Made by a program: the position numbers and the translations under genes. 64,000 nt of DNA from a bacterium. Its GTDB lineage: Bacteria; UBA8248. Position 1 is the first letter of the stretch. The number at the start of each line of letters is the position of its first letter. The notes under the pieces are model-generated. The model was not told the origin of the DNA, did no database searches, and was given only the letters and a program-made list of their open reading frames with translations. Shown piece by piece: positions 1-8,930 of the stretch. The stretch spans positions 992,001 through 1,056,000 of the forward strand of contig OZ241326.1 in the NCBI GenBank assembly GCA_965199855.1. The letters run 5' to 3'.

Positions 1-1053
1 GAGATGCGCCCTGAGCGTCGCCTCCAGCGCGGCGAGCGTGAGCTTGTCCACCCGGAGAGCGCGCATGAGCGGGTGCTTCCTCATCTTCTCTACCCAGGCC
101 GCCCTGCCGACGACGATCCCGGCCTGCGGGCCGCCCAGCAGCTTGTCGCCCGAGAACGCGACGACATCAATCCCCGCCCGCACCGACTCCGTCACGGCGG
201 GCTCGCGCGGAAGGCCCTCGACGTGCAGGAGCGAGCCGCTCCCGAGGTCCTCGAGGGTGGGAACGCCCTTCTCCCGGCCGAGTTCGGCAAGCTCCTCCCG
301 GGAGGCTTCCTCGGTGAAGCCGACGATCCTGTAGTTGCTCGTGTGCGCCTTGAAGAGCAGCGCCGTCCTCTCGGTGAGGGCGCCTCGGTAGTCGGAGATT
401 CTCGTCTTGTTCGTCGTCCCGACTTCCACCAGTTTCGCGCCGCTTTGCGCCATGATGTCGGGAATCCGGAAGGAGCCGCCGATTTCGACCAGCTCGCCGC
501 GGGAGACGATCACCTCTCCGTCGCGCGCCATCGCGTGAATCGCGAACATCACGGCGGCGGCGTTGTTGTTGACGATCAGGGCGGCCTCCGCCCCCGTCAG
601 CCGGCGGAGGAGGGCTTCCGCGTCCACCCCGCGCCCGCCTCTGCTTCCGAGAGCGAGGTCGAACTCCAGGTTCGAGTATCCTCGCGCGACGTCGTCGATG
701 GCCGCTCTGGCGGCCGCGCTCAGGGGGGCGCGCCCCAGGTTCGTATGCAGCGCGACCCCCGTGGCGTTGATGACTCTTTTCAGTCCGGGCCGCCTGCTGG
801 AGGCGAGAATCCGCCTCGCGTCGTCCAGCACCGTCTCCCGAAGCGCCCGCCCGCAGGCATCTGGACTCCCCGCCGCCTCTCCCTCGATGAGGAGCCGCCT
901 TTTCACTCCGATGGCCTCTCTCGCCGCCCGGGAGAGCGCGGCGTCCGATGAGCCGTTGCCCCCCTCGCCTCTCAGCCGCGTGGCGATCTCGTCCACGGAA
1001 GGCAGCAGGCGCAACAACACGGCGCGGGAGTCGGGGGTTCGTGGAGAAGTCAT
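1..1053 (-). CDS. selA: L-seryl-tRNA(Sec) selenium transferase, 3' end runs off the window
   Basis: Not in the ORF track because it is open at the edge. Manual translation gives LPSVDE, VINATGVALHTNLGRAPL, YSNLEFDL, SRGELVEIGGSFRIPDIM, EVGTTNKT and the PLP-lysine motif FSGDKLLGGPQAG. Confidence 0.95.
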   Translation of the reverse strand, partial: MTSPRTPDSRAVLLRLLPSVDEIATRLRGEGGNGSSDAALSRAAREAIGVKRRLLIEGEAAGSPDACGRALRETVLDDARRILASSRRPGLKRVINATGVALHTNLGRAPLSAAARAAIDDVARGYSNLEFDLALGSRGGRGVDAEALLRRLTGAEAALIVNNNAAAVMFAIHAMARDGEVIVSRGELVEIGGSFRIPDIMAQSGAKLVEVGTTNKTRISDYRGALTERTALLFKAHTSNYRIVGFTEEASREELAELGREKGVPTLEDLGSGSLLHVEGLPREPAVTESVRAGIDVVAFSGDKLLGGPQAGIVVGRAAWVEKMRKHPLMRALRVDKLTLAALEATLRAHL

Positions 1054-1201
1054 GGCGCGCATCCTCTGCGTTGACCCGAAGGAATGAATATAGGATTGCG
1101 GGTTTCGCGCGGTCAAGTCGCCGAATCCGCGCCGGCGGCCGCCCCGAAGCGGGGACGAGGGAGGCGGGAAGGCCCCGAATTCTCCCGGTCCCGCGCCCGT
1201 C

Positions 1202-1231
1202 TTGACACCCGCGCCGCGCCCCTGCTAGGTT
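1202..1231 (+). promoter_or_regulatory. Putative sigma70 promoter for the DUF35/CoA-transferase genes
   Basis: TTGACA at 1202-1207, 18-nt spacer, TGcTAGGTT extended -10-like element, in the divergent intergenic region. Confidence 0.45.
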
Positions 1232-1329
1232 TCGCCCGCGCAATCCGCGAGGGTCCGCGCGCTCAGATATTTATTCGCATCCGGCTTGCTTCGCCTTCCG
1301 GCTTTCGGCCTTCAGGGGCAGGAGAGCGC

Positions 1330-2154
1330 ATGAATCCGCCTCGCAGCGAATCTTCCGTTTTCGTTCCCGGCAAGGGCAAGGCCGCCGTCCCGTTCATGCG
1401 CGACGTTTTCACGATTCCCACGAACGCCCGGCACAGGCCCAGGCTCATCGGCTCCGTCTGCGAGGAGTGCGAGGAGTATTTTTTCCCGAAGACGGGCGCG
1501 AAGACCACCTGCGACAACCCCGTCTGCCCGCGCAGCACGGGCGAGGTGCTGCTGAGCGGAAAGGGCAGGCTCCTTTCGGCGACGATTACGCATTCCGCCG
1601 CGGGGGGAGAAGGGGAGCGCGTCTCCGCCGTCATCCTCCTGGAAGAGGGGATCAAGATAAACTCCCACCTGCTCGGCTGGGAGGGCTACCGGGACATGCT
1701 GGTTCCGGGCGCTCCCGTCGAGCTCGTCCTTCAGGATCTCGGCGAGAACGAATGGCGCGAAACCCAGGTGGGCTACGCCTTCCGGCTGGTGACCGGCCGC
1801 AAAAAGCCCGTTTTTCCGCCCACGGAAAGCGAGGCGCGCGCCGCGCGCGCGAAGAAGGGGCGAGAACGGCCCGCGCAAAAGAAAGGGCGGGCGCCGGCCG
1901 GCGCCCGGACGCGGAAGAAGCCGGCGACCTCCGCGAAAAAAGCGACTCCCGCGAAAAGGAAAGCGGCGGCCGCTCCGAAGAAGCCCGCTTCGGCGGGCGC
2001 GAAGGCGGCCTCTTCCGCGCGCGGGGCGGCTTCCGCCAAGGCGTCATCCGCCGGAAAAGCGGCGACCGCGAAGAAGGCGGCCGAGAAAAAGCCCCCCGCC
2101 GCCAGCGCCGGCCGGCGAAAGGCGGCCTCCCGAAGCGCTCCCAAGCGCCGCTAG
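1330..2154 (+). CDS. DUF35-type Zn-ribbon/OB-fold protein with a Lys/Ala-rich histone-H1-like C-terminal tail
   Basis: GGAGAG RBS before ATG 1330; CEEC-x-FFP...CDNPVC zinc ribbon; LSGKGRLLSATI and V(I)LLEEG OB-fold pattern; ~110 aa KKPA/KAAA tail. Confidence 0.75.
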   Translation: MNPPRSESSVFVPGKGKAAVPFMRDVFTIPTNARHRPRLIGSVCEECEEYFFPKTGAKTTCDNPVCPRSTGEVLLSGKGRLLSATITHSAAGGEGERVSAVILLEEGIKINSHLLGWEGYRDMLVPGAPVELVLQDLGENEWRETQVGYAFRLVTGRKKPVFPPTESEARAARAKKGRERPAQKKGRAPAGARTRKKPATSAKKATPAKRKAAAAPKKPASAGAKAASSARGAASAKASSAGKAATAKKAAEKKPPAASAGRRKAASRSAPKRR

Positions 2155-2172
2155 CGGGCCCCGCCGCGACCG

Positions 2173-3339
2173 ATGCCGCTCCTTGCGGGCCTCAGGGTCA
2201 TCGACGCCAGCCAGTTCAACGCAGGACCCATCGTCTCTCTCTATCTGGCGGGCTACGGGGCGGACGTCGTCAAGGTCGAGCGCCCGGGCGGGGAGGACAG
2301 CCGCGCCATCGGGCCCTTCAAGGGCGGCGAGAGCAGCTACTTCATGAGCCTGAACCGGGGAAAGCGCTCCATCACCCTCAATCTCAAAAGCCCCGAGGGC
2401 GTGGAGGTTTTCAAGAAACTTTGCCGCCGGGCGGACGTTCTGGTGGAAAACTTCCTCCCCGGCGTCATGGACAGGCTGGGCGTCGGCTGGAGCGTCCTCA
2501 AGGCCGAGAACCCCAGGCTCATCTACGGCGCGGTGTCGGGCTTCGGGCGGACGGGAAAAAACGCCGCGCGCCCCGCCTTCGACAGCCTGCTCCAGGCGGC
2601 GGGCGGCCTCATCAGCGTCACGGGGCCCGCGGGCGGCGCGCCCGCGCGCGTGGGCGTCTCCATCGTGGACGTGTCGAGCGGCCTCTATCTCCTGTCGGGC
2701 GTCCTGGCCGCGCTCTGGCGCAGGGAGCGCGAGGGGGAGGGAACGCGCGTGGACGCCTCCATGCTGGGCGCCGCCGTCAACGTCATGGAGAATCCCGTGG
2801 CGCGCCACGCCTTCACCGGCGAGATTCCCGGCCCCGAGGGCCTCTCCCATCCGGTGGTCTCGCCCTTCTCGGGCTACCGGACGAGGGACGGCCTCATCTT
2901 CATCGCCATCTCGAACACGAGCCGCTTCCGCGCCCTGGCCCGCGCGCTGGGTCTGAACGCGCTCGCCGAGGACGCGCGCTTCCGCGAGAACCGGGATCGC
3001 GTGGCGAACGACGACGCCCTGCGCGCCATTCTGGAGGGCGCGCTGGCGGAGCGGACGACCGCCGAATGGGAGGCGCTCCTCGTTCCTCAAGGGGTTCCGG
3101 CGAGCGCCATCAACGACGTGGCGCAGGTGAAGGAGCGCTTCCCGGAAGCCTTCGTGGAGGTCGCGCACCCGGCGGCGGGCCCCGGCCTCCTGCCCGCCTC
3201 GCCGCTCGCTTTCGAGGGCGAGGCGCCCGACTTCTCCCGTCCCGCCCCCCGCGCGGGCGAGCACACGGAGGAGGTTCTCGCCGAGCTGGGCTACGGAGCC
3301 GGAGAGGTCGCCCGCCTCCGCGAGGCGGGGGCGATCTGA
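2173..3339 (+). CDS. Class III CoA-transferase (CaiB/BaiF family)
   Basis: GADVVKVERP, LNRGKRSITLNLK, ADVLVENFLPG, C-terminal APRAGEHTEEVL. Confidence 0.93.
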   Translation: MPLLAGLRVIDASQFNAGPIVSLYLAGYGADVVKVERPGGEDSRAIGPFKGGESSYFMSLNRGKRSITLNLKSPEGVEVFKKLCRRADVLVENFLPGVMDRLGVGWSVLKAENPRLIYGAVSGFGRTGKNAARPAFDSLLQAAGGLISVTGPAGGAPARVGVSIVDVSSGLYLLSGVLAALWRREREGEGTRVDASMLGAAVNVMENPVARHAFTGEIPGPEGLSHPVVSPFSGYRTRDGLIFIAISNTSRFRALARALGLNALAEDARFRENRDRVANDDALRAILEGALAERTTAEWEALLVPQGVPASAINDVAQVKERFPEAFVEVAHPAAGPGLLPASPLAFEGEAPDFSRPAPRAGEHTEEVLAELGYGAGEVARLREAGAI

Positions 3340-3397
3340 GGGGGGCGATCAAGAAGAATTGAGCGGGGACTTCGGGGCGGCGGCGTCTTTCCCTCCC

Positions 3398-5911
3398 TCA
3401 CCACCTCGCGCGCCATGCGGCGAGGAGTCCGACCTCGCGCTTTTTCGAGACGGCGTGTCCGGGATGCCTCGACCAGACGGCCTCGAGGGAGAGCTCGCCG
3501 CCCAGGGCGTCCGCCCCGCGCCAGCGCGCCGAGAAGTCGATCTGCCGGCCCGAGGGCGCGAGTCCCGCCGAGACCGAGCGGCGAAGAATCTCCCCGCTCC
3601 ACGCCCGCCCGACGGGAAGCGCCAGGCGGACGCGCCCGCCCTCCACGCGCGGCGGCTGGGAGACGGAGAAGACGAGCTCCCGCCCGGGCGTCAGCCGTCT
3701 GCGGGCGGAGAGCGACGCCGCGCTCGTGGTCACGTCCGAGAAGCCGGCTATCATCCCCCCGCCCGCGTGAATCCGCGAGAAGCCGGCCTCGACCTCCGCG
3801 GCCAAGCGCCACCCGCCCAGCTCCGCCTCCGCCTCGACCCCGGCGATGAGGCTGTCGGCGGCCAGGCGGCCGAACGCGCCGCCCGCCTTCGAGCCCAGGG
3901 CGGTCTCCTCCTCCCGGAGCCAGCCCAGACGCGCCCCGAACGGGGAGTCCGGCGGACGCCAGGACAAAGCCAGCCCGGCGTCGGGCGCCTCGCTCGCGTC
4001 ATGGCCCAGGCCGGAGGCCGCGAAGGCCGAGGCTTCCAGCCCCCCCGGCGTCCGATACGCCACGGTCGCGGCGTTCTCCGCGACGTTCAACAGGCTGCTC
4101 TCCGAAGCCACGGGAGACCTGTAGAGACCGAAGCGCCAGCCGGCGCGCTCCACCCGCGCCTCCCTGCGCGGAACGCTGAGACCGTGAAGCCTGCGCTCGT
4201 TCGAGGGCTCTCCCCGCGCGGCGAGGGTGAGGGCCGAGGAATCGAACCAGAAGGGCGCGCCCAGGGCGTCTATCGCCGCGATCTCCACCCCGACCAGGGC
4301 GACCGACAGACCATCGCCCAGAGGCGCGCCCATCGCCAGCCGGGTGTCGGCGAGAGGATGCCCCGCGTCGCCCACGCTCCCGCCGCCCGCGACGACCGCC
4401 AGCCCGCCCACCGGGTTGGTCGCCGCGCCCAGGTCCATCAGCCCCTGACCGTAGATGGCGCGGTCGGCGTATCTGCCGCTCTTGTCGGCCGTGCGGAACA
4501 GGCGGACGAGCAACTCCTCGCTCGAGAGCTGATCGCGGAAAACGTGCCGCATCACCGCCAGACCCCCCGCAACCATCGGCGCCGCAAAAGACGTGCCGGC
4601 CAGCAGGGCCACGTCTCGACCGGGGCGGGGCGGATCGCCCAGGGGTCCGAAATAGGCCGCGCTGACGGCCGCGCCGTCAAAATCGCCGCCCGGCGCCGCG
4701 ACGCACCAGTCCGCCGCGATCCCGCAGCGGTTCGAGAACGAGGAGATGACGCCGCCCGAGCCTACGGAAACCACGGCGACCGAATGGCCCCGCAGCTCCC
4801 GGATGCGCGCGGGCAACCCGGAATAGACGTTCGGCGAGCGGGCGTTGAGCGAGCCCGCCGGCGCGTCCTTCATGCAGGTCGATGGGTCGGTGGTCAGGCA
4901 GTTCGGCGGGTTCTGGTTCCTGGGGTCGATCCCCATGCGGTCGCTGCCCATGCAATGGAGCGAGCCCGGCGCGCACAGGTCGCCGTTGGCGTTGCCGGCG
5001 GACCAGACGAGGATGGTTTTTCGGGCGCGACCGGCCTGCGCCAGCGCCGCGATGGCGCGGCCGTAGTTCGCCCGCAGCTGCGCCTCGTCATAGACGTCAA
5101 TGAGGCCGTCTATCCCGAAACTCAGGTTCAGGACGTCGAGGTTCTCGCTCGGGCGCAGGACGCGGCCGTAAAGCGCCGCGTCGCCGGCGTCGTCGCCGGC
5201 GAGCTCGCCCGGCGTGGTCGCGTGGACGATTCTATCCGGTATCGCGCTTCCCAGCGGAATGGCGAACATCTTGAGGCTCGCCCCCGGCGCGACGCCGCGA
5301 AAATCGACGCAGAAGCCGGCCGTCACATGTCGAAAACTGCATGTCCCGCCCGGCGCCGCGCCGACGATGCTGGCGACCGCGGTGCCGTGGGAGAAGCTCA
5401 ATCCGTCCTCGTTCGCCGCGCCGTCGAGGAACGTCTCGGGAATCGACTTGCCCGCGAAGAAAGGATGCCCCTGGTCTATCCCCGTATCGAGAAAGCCCAC
5501 CGTGACGCCCGACCCCGGGGCGGCGTCCGCCCCGCGCAGGAGCTCCACGTCCGCCCAAGCCTCGTGGGCGTTGACGATCTCCAGCCCCCATAGGTTCCTG
5601 AAGATATCATCGAAGAGGTGGCCGCCGGCTATGACCTCCCGCCTTTGGCGATAAGCCGCGTCCGTGAGGCAGCCGAAAGCGGCGGTCTCGATGCACCCCC
5701 GGGCCGTCATGGAAGGCGGTTCGGGCTGCGGAGCGGGCGCGACCGCGGCCGGCGCGCTACCACCCCCTCCGCCCCCGCATCCGGCGAGGAGCGCGCCCAG
5801 AAGGAGCGGGGCGAGGAGGAGCCTCGCGCCGCGCCGCCGGCGGATCCCGCCCATACCGGACGGAAGGGGCTCGCCCGCGGCTTTCGCCGGAAGATGCAGC
5901 TCTCCCGCCAT
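3398..5911 (-). CDS. S8 subtilase lipoprotein with C-terminal beta-rich (autotransporter-like) domain, copy 1
   Basis: Lipobox LLAGC plus Gly run; catalytic triad motifs FLDTG, HGTAVA, GTSFAAP; AGN oxyanion motif; ends in Trp. Start moved to ATG 5911 because the longer ORF overlaps copy 2. Confidence 0.88.
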   Translation of the reverse strand: MAGELHLPAKAAGEPLPSGMGGIRRRRGARLLLAPLLLGALLAGCGGGGGGSAPAAVAPAPQPEPPSMTARGCIETAAFGCLTDAAYRQRREVIAGGHLFDDIFRNLWGLEIVNAHEAWADVELLRGADAAPGSGVTVGFLDTGIDQGHPFFAGKSIPETFLDGAANEDGLSFSHGTAVASIVGAAPGGTCSFRHVTAGFCVDFRGVAPGASLKMFAIPLGSAIPDRIVHATTPGELAGDDAGDAALYGRVLRPSENLDVLNLSFGIDGLIDVYDEAQLRANYGRAIAALAQAGRARKTILVWSAGNANGDLCAPGSLHCMGSDRMGIDPRNQNPPNCLTTDPSTCMKDAPAGSLNARSPNVYSGLPARIRELRGHSVAVVSVGSGGVISSFSNRCGIAADWCVAAPGGDFDGAAVSAAYFGPLGDPPRPGRDVALLAGTSFAAPMVAGGLAVMRHVFRDQLSSEELLVRLFRTADKSGRYADRAIYGQGLMDLGAATNPVGGLAVVAGGGSVGDAGHPLADTRLAMGAPLGDGLSVALVGVEIAAIDALGAPFWFDSSALTLAARGEPSNERRLHGLSVPRREARVERAGWRFGLYRSPVASESSLLNVAENAATVAYRTPGGLEASAFAASGLGHDASEAPDAGLALSWRPPDSPFGARLGWLREEETALGSKAGGAFGRLAADSLIAGVEAEAELGGWRLAAEVEAGFSRIHAGGGMIAGFSDVTTSAASLSARRRLTPGRELVFSVSQPPRVEGGRVRLALPVGRAWSGEILRRSVSAGLAPSGRQIDFSARWRGADALGGELSLEAVWSRHPGHAVSKKREVGLLAAWRARW

Positions 5912-7180
5912 TCTCGTTCGACCTTCCAGAGCGTGGAGCGTGAGACGACTTGTCAGGGAGCCTTGACGCGCGCGCGTCCTCACCACCTCTTGCGCCATGC
6001 GGCGAGGAGTCCGACCTCGCGCTTTTTCGAGACGGCGTGTCCGGGATGCCTCGACCAGACGGCCTCGAGGGAGAGCTCGCCGCCCAGGGCGTCCGCCCCG
6101 CGCCAGCGCGCCGAGAAGTCGATCTGCCGGCCCGAGGGCGCGAGTCCCGCCGAGACCGAGCGGCGAAGAATCTCCCCGCTCCACGCCCGCCCGACGGGAA
6201 GCGCCAGGCGGACGCGCCCGCCCTCCACGCGCGGCGGCTGGGAGACGGAGAAGACGAGCTCCCGCCCGGGCGTCAGCCGTCTGCGGGCGGAGAGCGACGC
6301 CGCGCTCGTGGTCACGTCCGAGAAGCCGGCTATCATCCCCCCGCCCGCGTGAATCCGCGAGAAGCCGGCCTCGACCTCCGCGGCCAAGCGCCACCCGCCC
6401 AGCTCCGCCTCCGCCTCGACCCCGGCGATGAGGCTGTCGGCGGCCAGGCGGCCGAACGCGCCGCCCGCCTTCGAGCCCAGGGCGGTCTCCTCCTCCCGGA
6501 GCCAGCCCAGACGCGCCCCGAACGCGGAGTCCGGCGGACGCCAGGCGAGAGCCAGCCCGGCGTCGGGCGCGTCATTCGCGCCGCGGCCGAGGCCGGAGGC
6601 CGCGAAGGCCGAGGCTTCCAGCCCCCCCGGCGTTCGATACGCCACGGTCGCGGCGTTCTCCGCGACGTTCAACAGGCTGCTCTCCGAAGCCACGGGAGAC
6701 CTGTAGAGACCGAAGCGCCAGCCGGCGCGCTCCACCCGCGCCTCCCTGCGGGGGACGCTCAGACCGTGGAGCCTCCGCTCGTTCGAGGGCTCCCCCCGCG
6801 CGGCGAGGGTGAGGGCCGAGGAATCGAACCAGAAGGGCGCGCCCAGGGCGTCTATCGCCGCGATCTCCACCCCGACCAGGGCGACCGACAGACCATCGCC
6901 CAGAGGCGCGCCCATCGCCAGCCGGGTGTCGGCGAGAGGATGCCCCGCGTCGCCCACGCTCCCGCCGCCCGCGACGACCGACAGCCCGCCCACCGGGCTG
7001 GTCGCCGCGCCCAGGTCCATCAGCCCCTGGCCGTAAATCTCGCGGTCGGCGTATCTGCCGCTCTTGTCGGCCGTGCGGAACAGGCGGACAAGCAACTCCT
7101 CGCTCGAGAGCTGATCGCGGAAAACCTGCCGCATCACCGCCAGACCCCCCGCAACCATCGGCGCCGCAAAAGACGTGCCG
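3398..7180. repeat. Near-identical ~1.2 kb direct repeat (3398-~4598 vs 5980-~7180, offset 2582)
   Basis: Line-by-line comparison shows very few mismatches over the 3' halves of the two S8 genes; further shared blocks at offset 2624 (e.g. 4701 vs 7325). Confidence 0.93.
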
Positions 7181-8595
7181 CTTCCCGACGCCACGGCCCT
7201 CGCCGCGCGGGTCTGGCCGCCCGCGTCAATCTGAGCGGAGTTGCAGTTTCCCAGAAAGGTACTGCCGCCAACGAAGCAGACGGGGCCGAAATAGGCTCTC
7301 CGAACCCCGCCGCCCGGCGCCGCGACGCACCAGTCCGCCGCGATCCCGCAGCGGTTGGAGAACGAGGAGATGACGCCGCCCGAGCCTACGGAAACCACGG
7401 CGACCGAATGGCCCCGCAGCTCCCGGATGCGCGCGGCCATCCCGGCAAGGATGTTCGGCGAGCGGGCGTCGAGCGAGCCCGCCGGCGCGTCCTTCATGCA
7501 GGTCGATGGGTCGGTGGTCAGGCAGTTCGGCGGGTTCTGGTTCCTGGGGTCGATCCCCATGCGGCCGCTGCCCACGCAATGGAGCGAGCCCGGCGAGCAC
7601 AGGTCGCCGTTGGCGTTGCCGGCGGACCAGACGAGGATGGTTTTTCGCTCGGCGTCCGCCTGCGCCAGCGCCGCGATGGGCTGGGCGAAGTTGGCGCGCA
7701 GCTGCGCCTCGGTATAGCCGTCAATGAGGCCGTATATGCTGAAGCTCAGGTTCAGGACGTCGAGGTTCTCGCTCGGGCGCAGGACGCGGTTGTAAAGCGC
7801 CGCCCAGTAAGAATTGGCATCGTTGAGCGCGCTTGGCGTGGTCGGGTAGTAGATTCTGCCCGATACCCCGCTTCCCAGCCGGATGGGGAACATCTTGAGG
7901 CTCGCGCCCCAGGCGACGCCCCGGAAGTCGGCGCAGTCGCTCGCCGTTCTGAACCGGCACGCGCCCGATGGCCGCGCGCCGACGATGCTGGCGACCGACG
8001 TGCCGTGGGAGGACGACGAGCCGTCCTCGTTCGCCGCGCGGGTGACGCCGGGGGAGGGGTCGAGGTCGATGAACGTCTCGGTAATCGACCCGCTCGAGAA
8101 GAGAGGATGCTCCTGATCTATCCCCGTGTCGAGAAAGCCCACCGTGACGCCCGACCCCGGGGCGGCGCCCGCTCCGCGCAGGAGCTCCACGTCCGCCCAG
8201 GCCTCGTCGGCGTTGATGGTCTCCAGCCCCCATTGCGCCGTGAAGTTCGTCCGGGCGCGGTGGCGGGCGGCGATGATGTTCCGTCTTTCCGTGTAGTCCG
8301 CGTTCGAGAGGCAGCCGAGGTCCTCCGTCTCGACGCCCGCGCACCGCTGGACCATCACGGGAGGCGGGGGAGGCGGTTCGGGCTGCGGTTGCGGCTGTCG
8401 CGGCTGCGGAGCGGGCGCGACCGCGGCCGGCGCGCCGCCGTCGCCACCTCCTCCGCCCCCGCATCCGGCGAGGAGCGCGCCCAGAAGGAGCGGGGCGAGG
8501 AGGAGCCTCGCGCCACCCCGCCCGCGGCTTCTTCCGTCCGCATCCGAAAGAGCCTCGCTCCCGGCTTGCGCCGGAAGAGACAGCGTCCGCCTCAT
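5980..8595 (-). CDS. S8 subtilase lipoprotein with C-terminal beta-rich domain, copy 2
   Basis: Same lipobox and triad (FLDTG, HGTSVA, GTSFAAP); direct tandem paralog of 3398-5911. Confidence 0.88.
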   Translation of the reverse strand: MRRTLSLPAQAGSEALSDADGRSRGRGGARLLLAPLLLGALLAGCGGGGGGDGGAPAAVAPAPQPRQPQPQPEPPPPPPVMVQRCAGVETEDLGCLSNADYTERRNIIAARHRARTNFTAQWGLETINADEAWADVELLRGAGAAPGSGVTVGFLDTGIDQEHPLFSSGSITETFIDLDPSPGVTRAANEDGSSSSHGTSVASIVGARPSGACRFRTASDCADFRGVAWGASLKMFPIRLGSGVSGRIYYPTTPSALNDANSYWAALYNRVLRPSENLDVLNLSFSIYGLIDGYTEAQLRANFAQPIAALAQADAERKTILVWSAGNANGDLCSPGSLHCVGSGRMGIDPRNQNPPNCLTTDPSTCMKDAPAGSLDARSPNILAGMAARIRELRGHSVAVVSVGSGGVISSFSNRCGIAADWCVAAPGGGVRRAYFGPVCFVGGSTFLGNCNSAQIDAGGQTRAARAVASGSGTSFAAPMVAGGLAVMRQVFRDQLSSEELLVRLFRTADKSGRYADREIYGQGLMDLGAATSPVGGLSVVAGGGSVGDAGHPLADTRLAMGAPLGDGLSVALVGVEIAAIDALGAPFWFDSSALTLAARGEPSNERRLHGLSVPRREARVERAGWRFGLYRSPVASESSLLNVAENAATVAYRTPGGLEASAFAASGLGRGANDAPDAGLALAWRPPDSAFGARLGWLREEETALGSKAGGAFGRLAADSLIAGVEAEAELGGWRLAAEVEAGFSRIHAGGGMIAGFSDVTTSAASLSARRRLTPGRELVFSVSQPPRVEGGRVRLALPVGRAWSGEILRRSVSAGLAPSGRQIDFSARWRGADALGGELSLEAVWSRHPGHAVSKKREVGLLAAWRKRW

Positions 8596-8743
8596 TCCCG
8601 TTCGCCCCCCGGTTTGGATGCGCCCGCGCGCGGCTTTTCGTCTGGTTCCAAAAGGCGACTTTACCCGATGCGGGCGGTTTTTGGTAGGCCGGCCCGCGCT
8701 TCCGCCCGCGGGTTTTGGGAGTTTTCCGCCGCGCCATTCAAAG

Positions 8744-8910
8744 TTATTCATATTTATGCCTGAAATCTTCATAACAAAATTCCTTATTCAGCTTTGCGGG
8801 ATAAGGAATGAACGAAAAGAGACTTTCGGGGAGGTGATTCTTGCAGGTCGACGTCGTTTTATTTATATTTGACGCGCGATTCTTAACAAGAAAATGCTTT
8901 ATTAAGTTTT
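8744..8910. promoter_or_regulatory. Two AT-rich pseudo-palindromic motifs upstream of fic (8744-8795 and 8879-8910)
   Basis: aatcttcataacaaaattccttattcagcttt vs attcttaacaagaaaatgctttattaagtttt, 24/32 identical by hand count. Confidence 0.55.
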
Positions 8911-8930
8911 CAGCAACAAGGATTTTGCGC

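Noticed and set aside
4-1243. ORF-track calls 4-951 (+) and 167-1243 (-)
   Set aside because: The true gene is selA in a different minus frame that is open at the window edge.
3320-3345. Similar sequence at the ends of both CoA-transferase genes (also 42785-42810)
   Set aside because: It reflects the conserved C-terminal peptide (LxExGAI-stop), not an att site.
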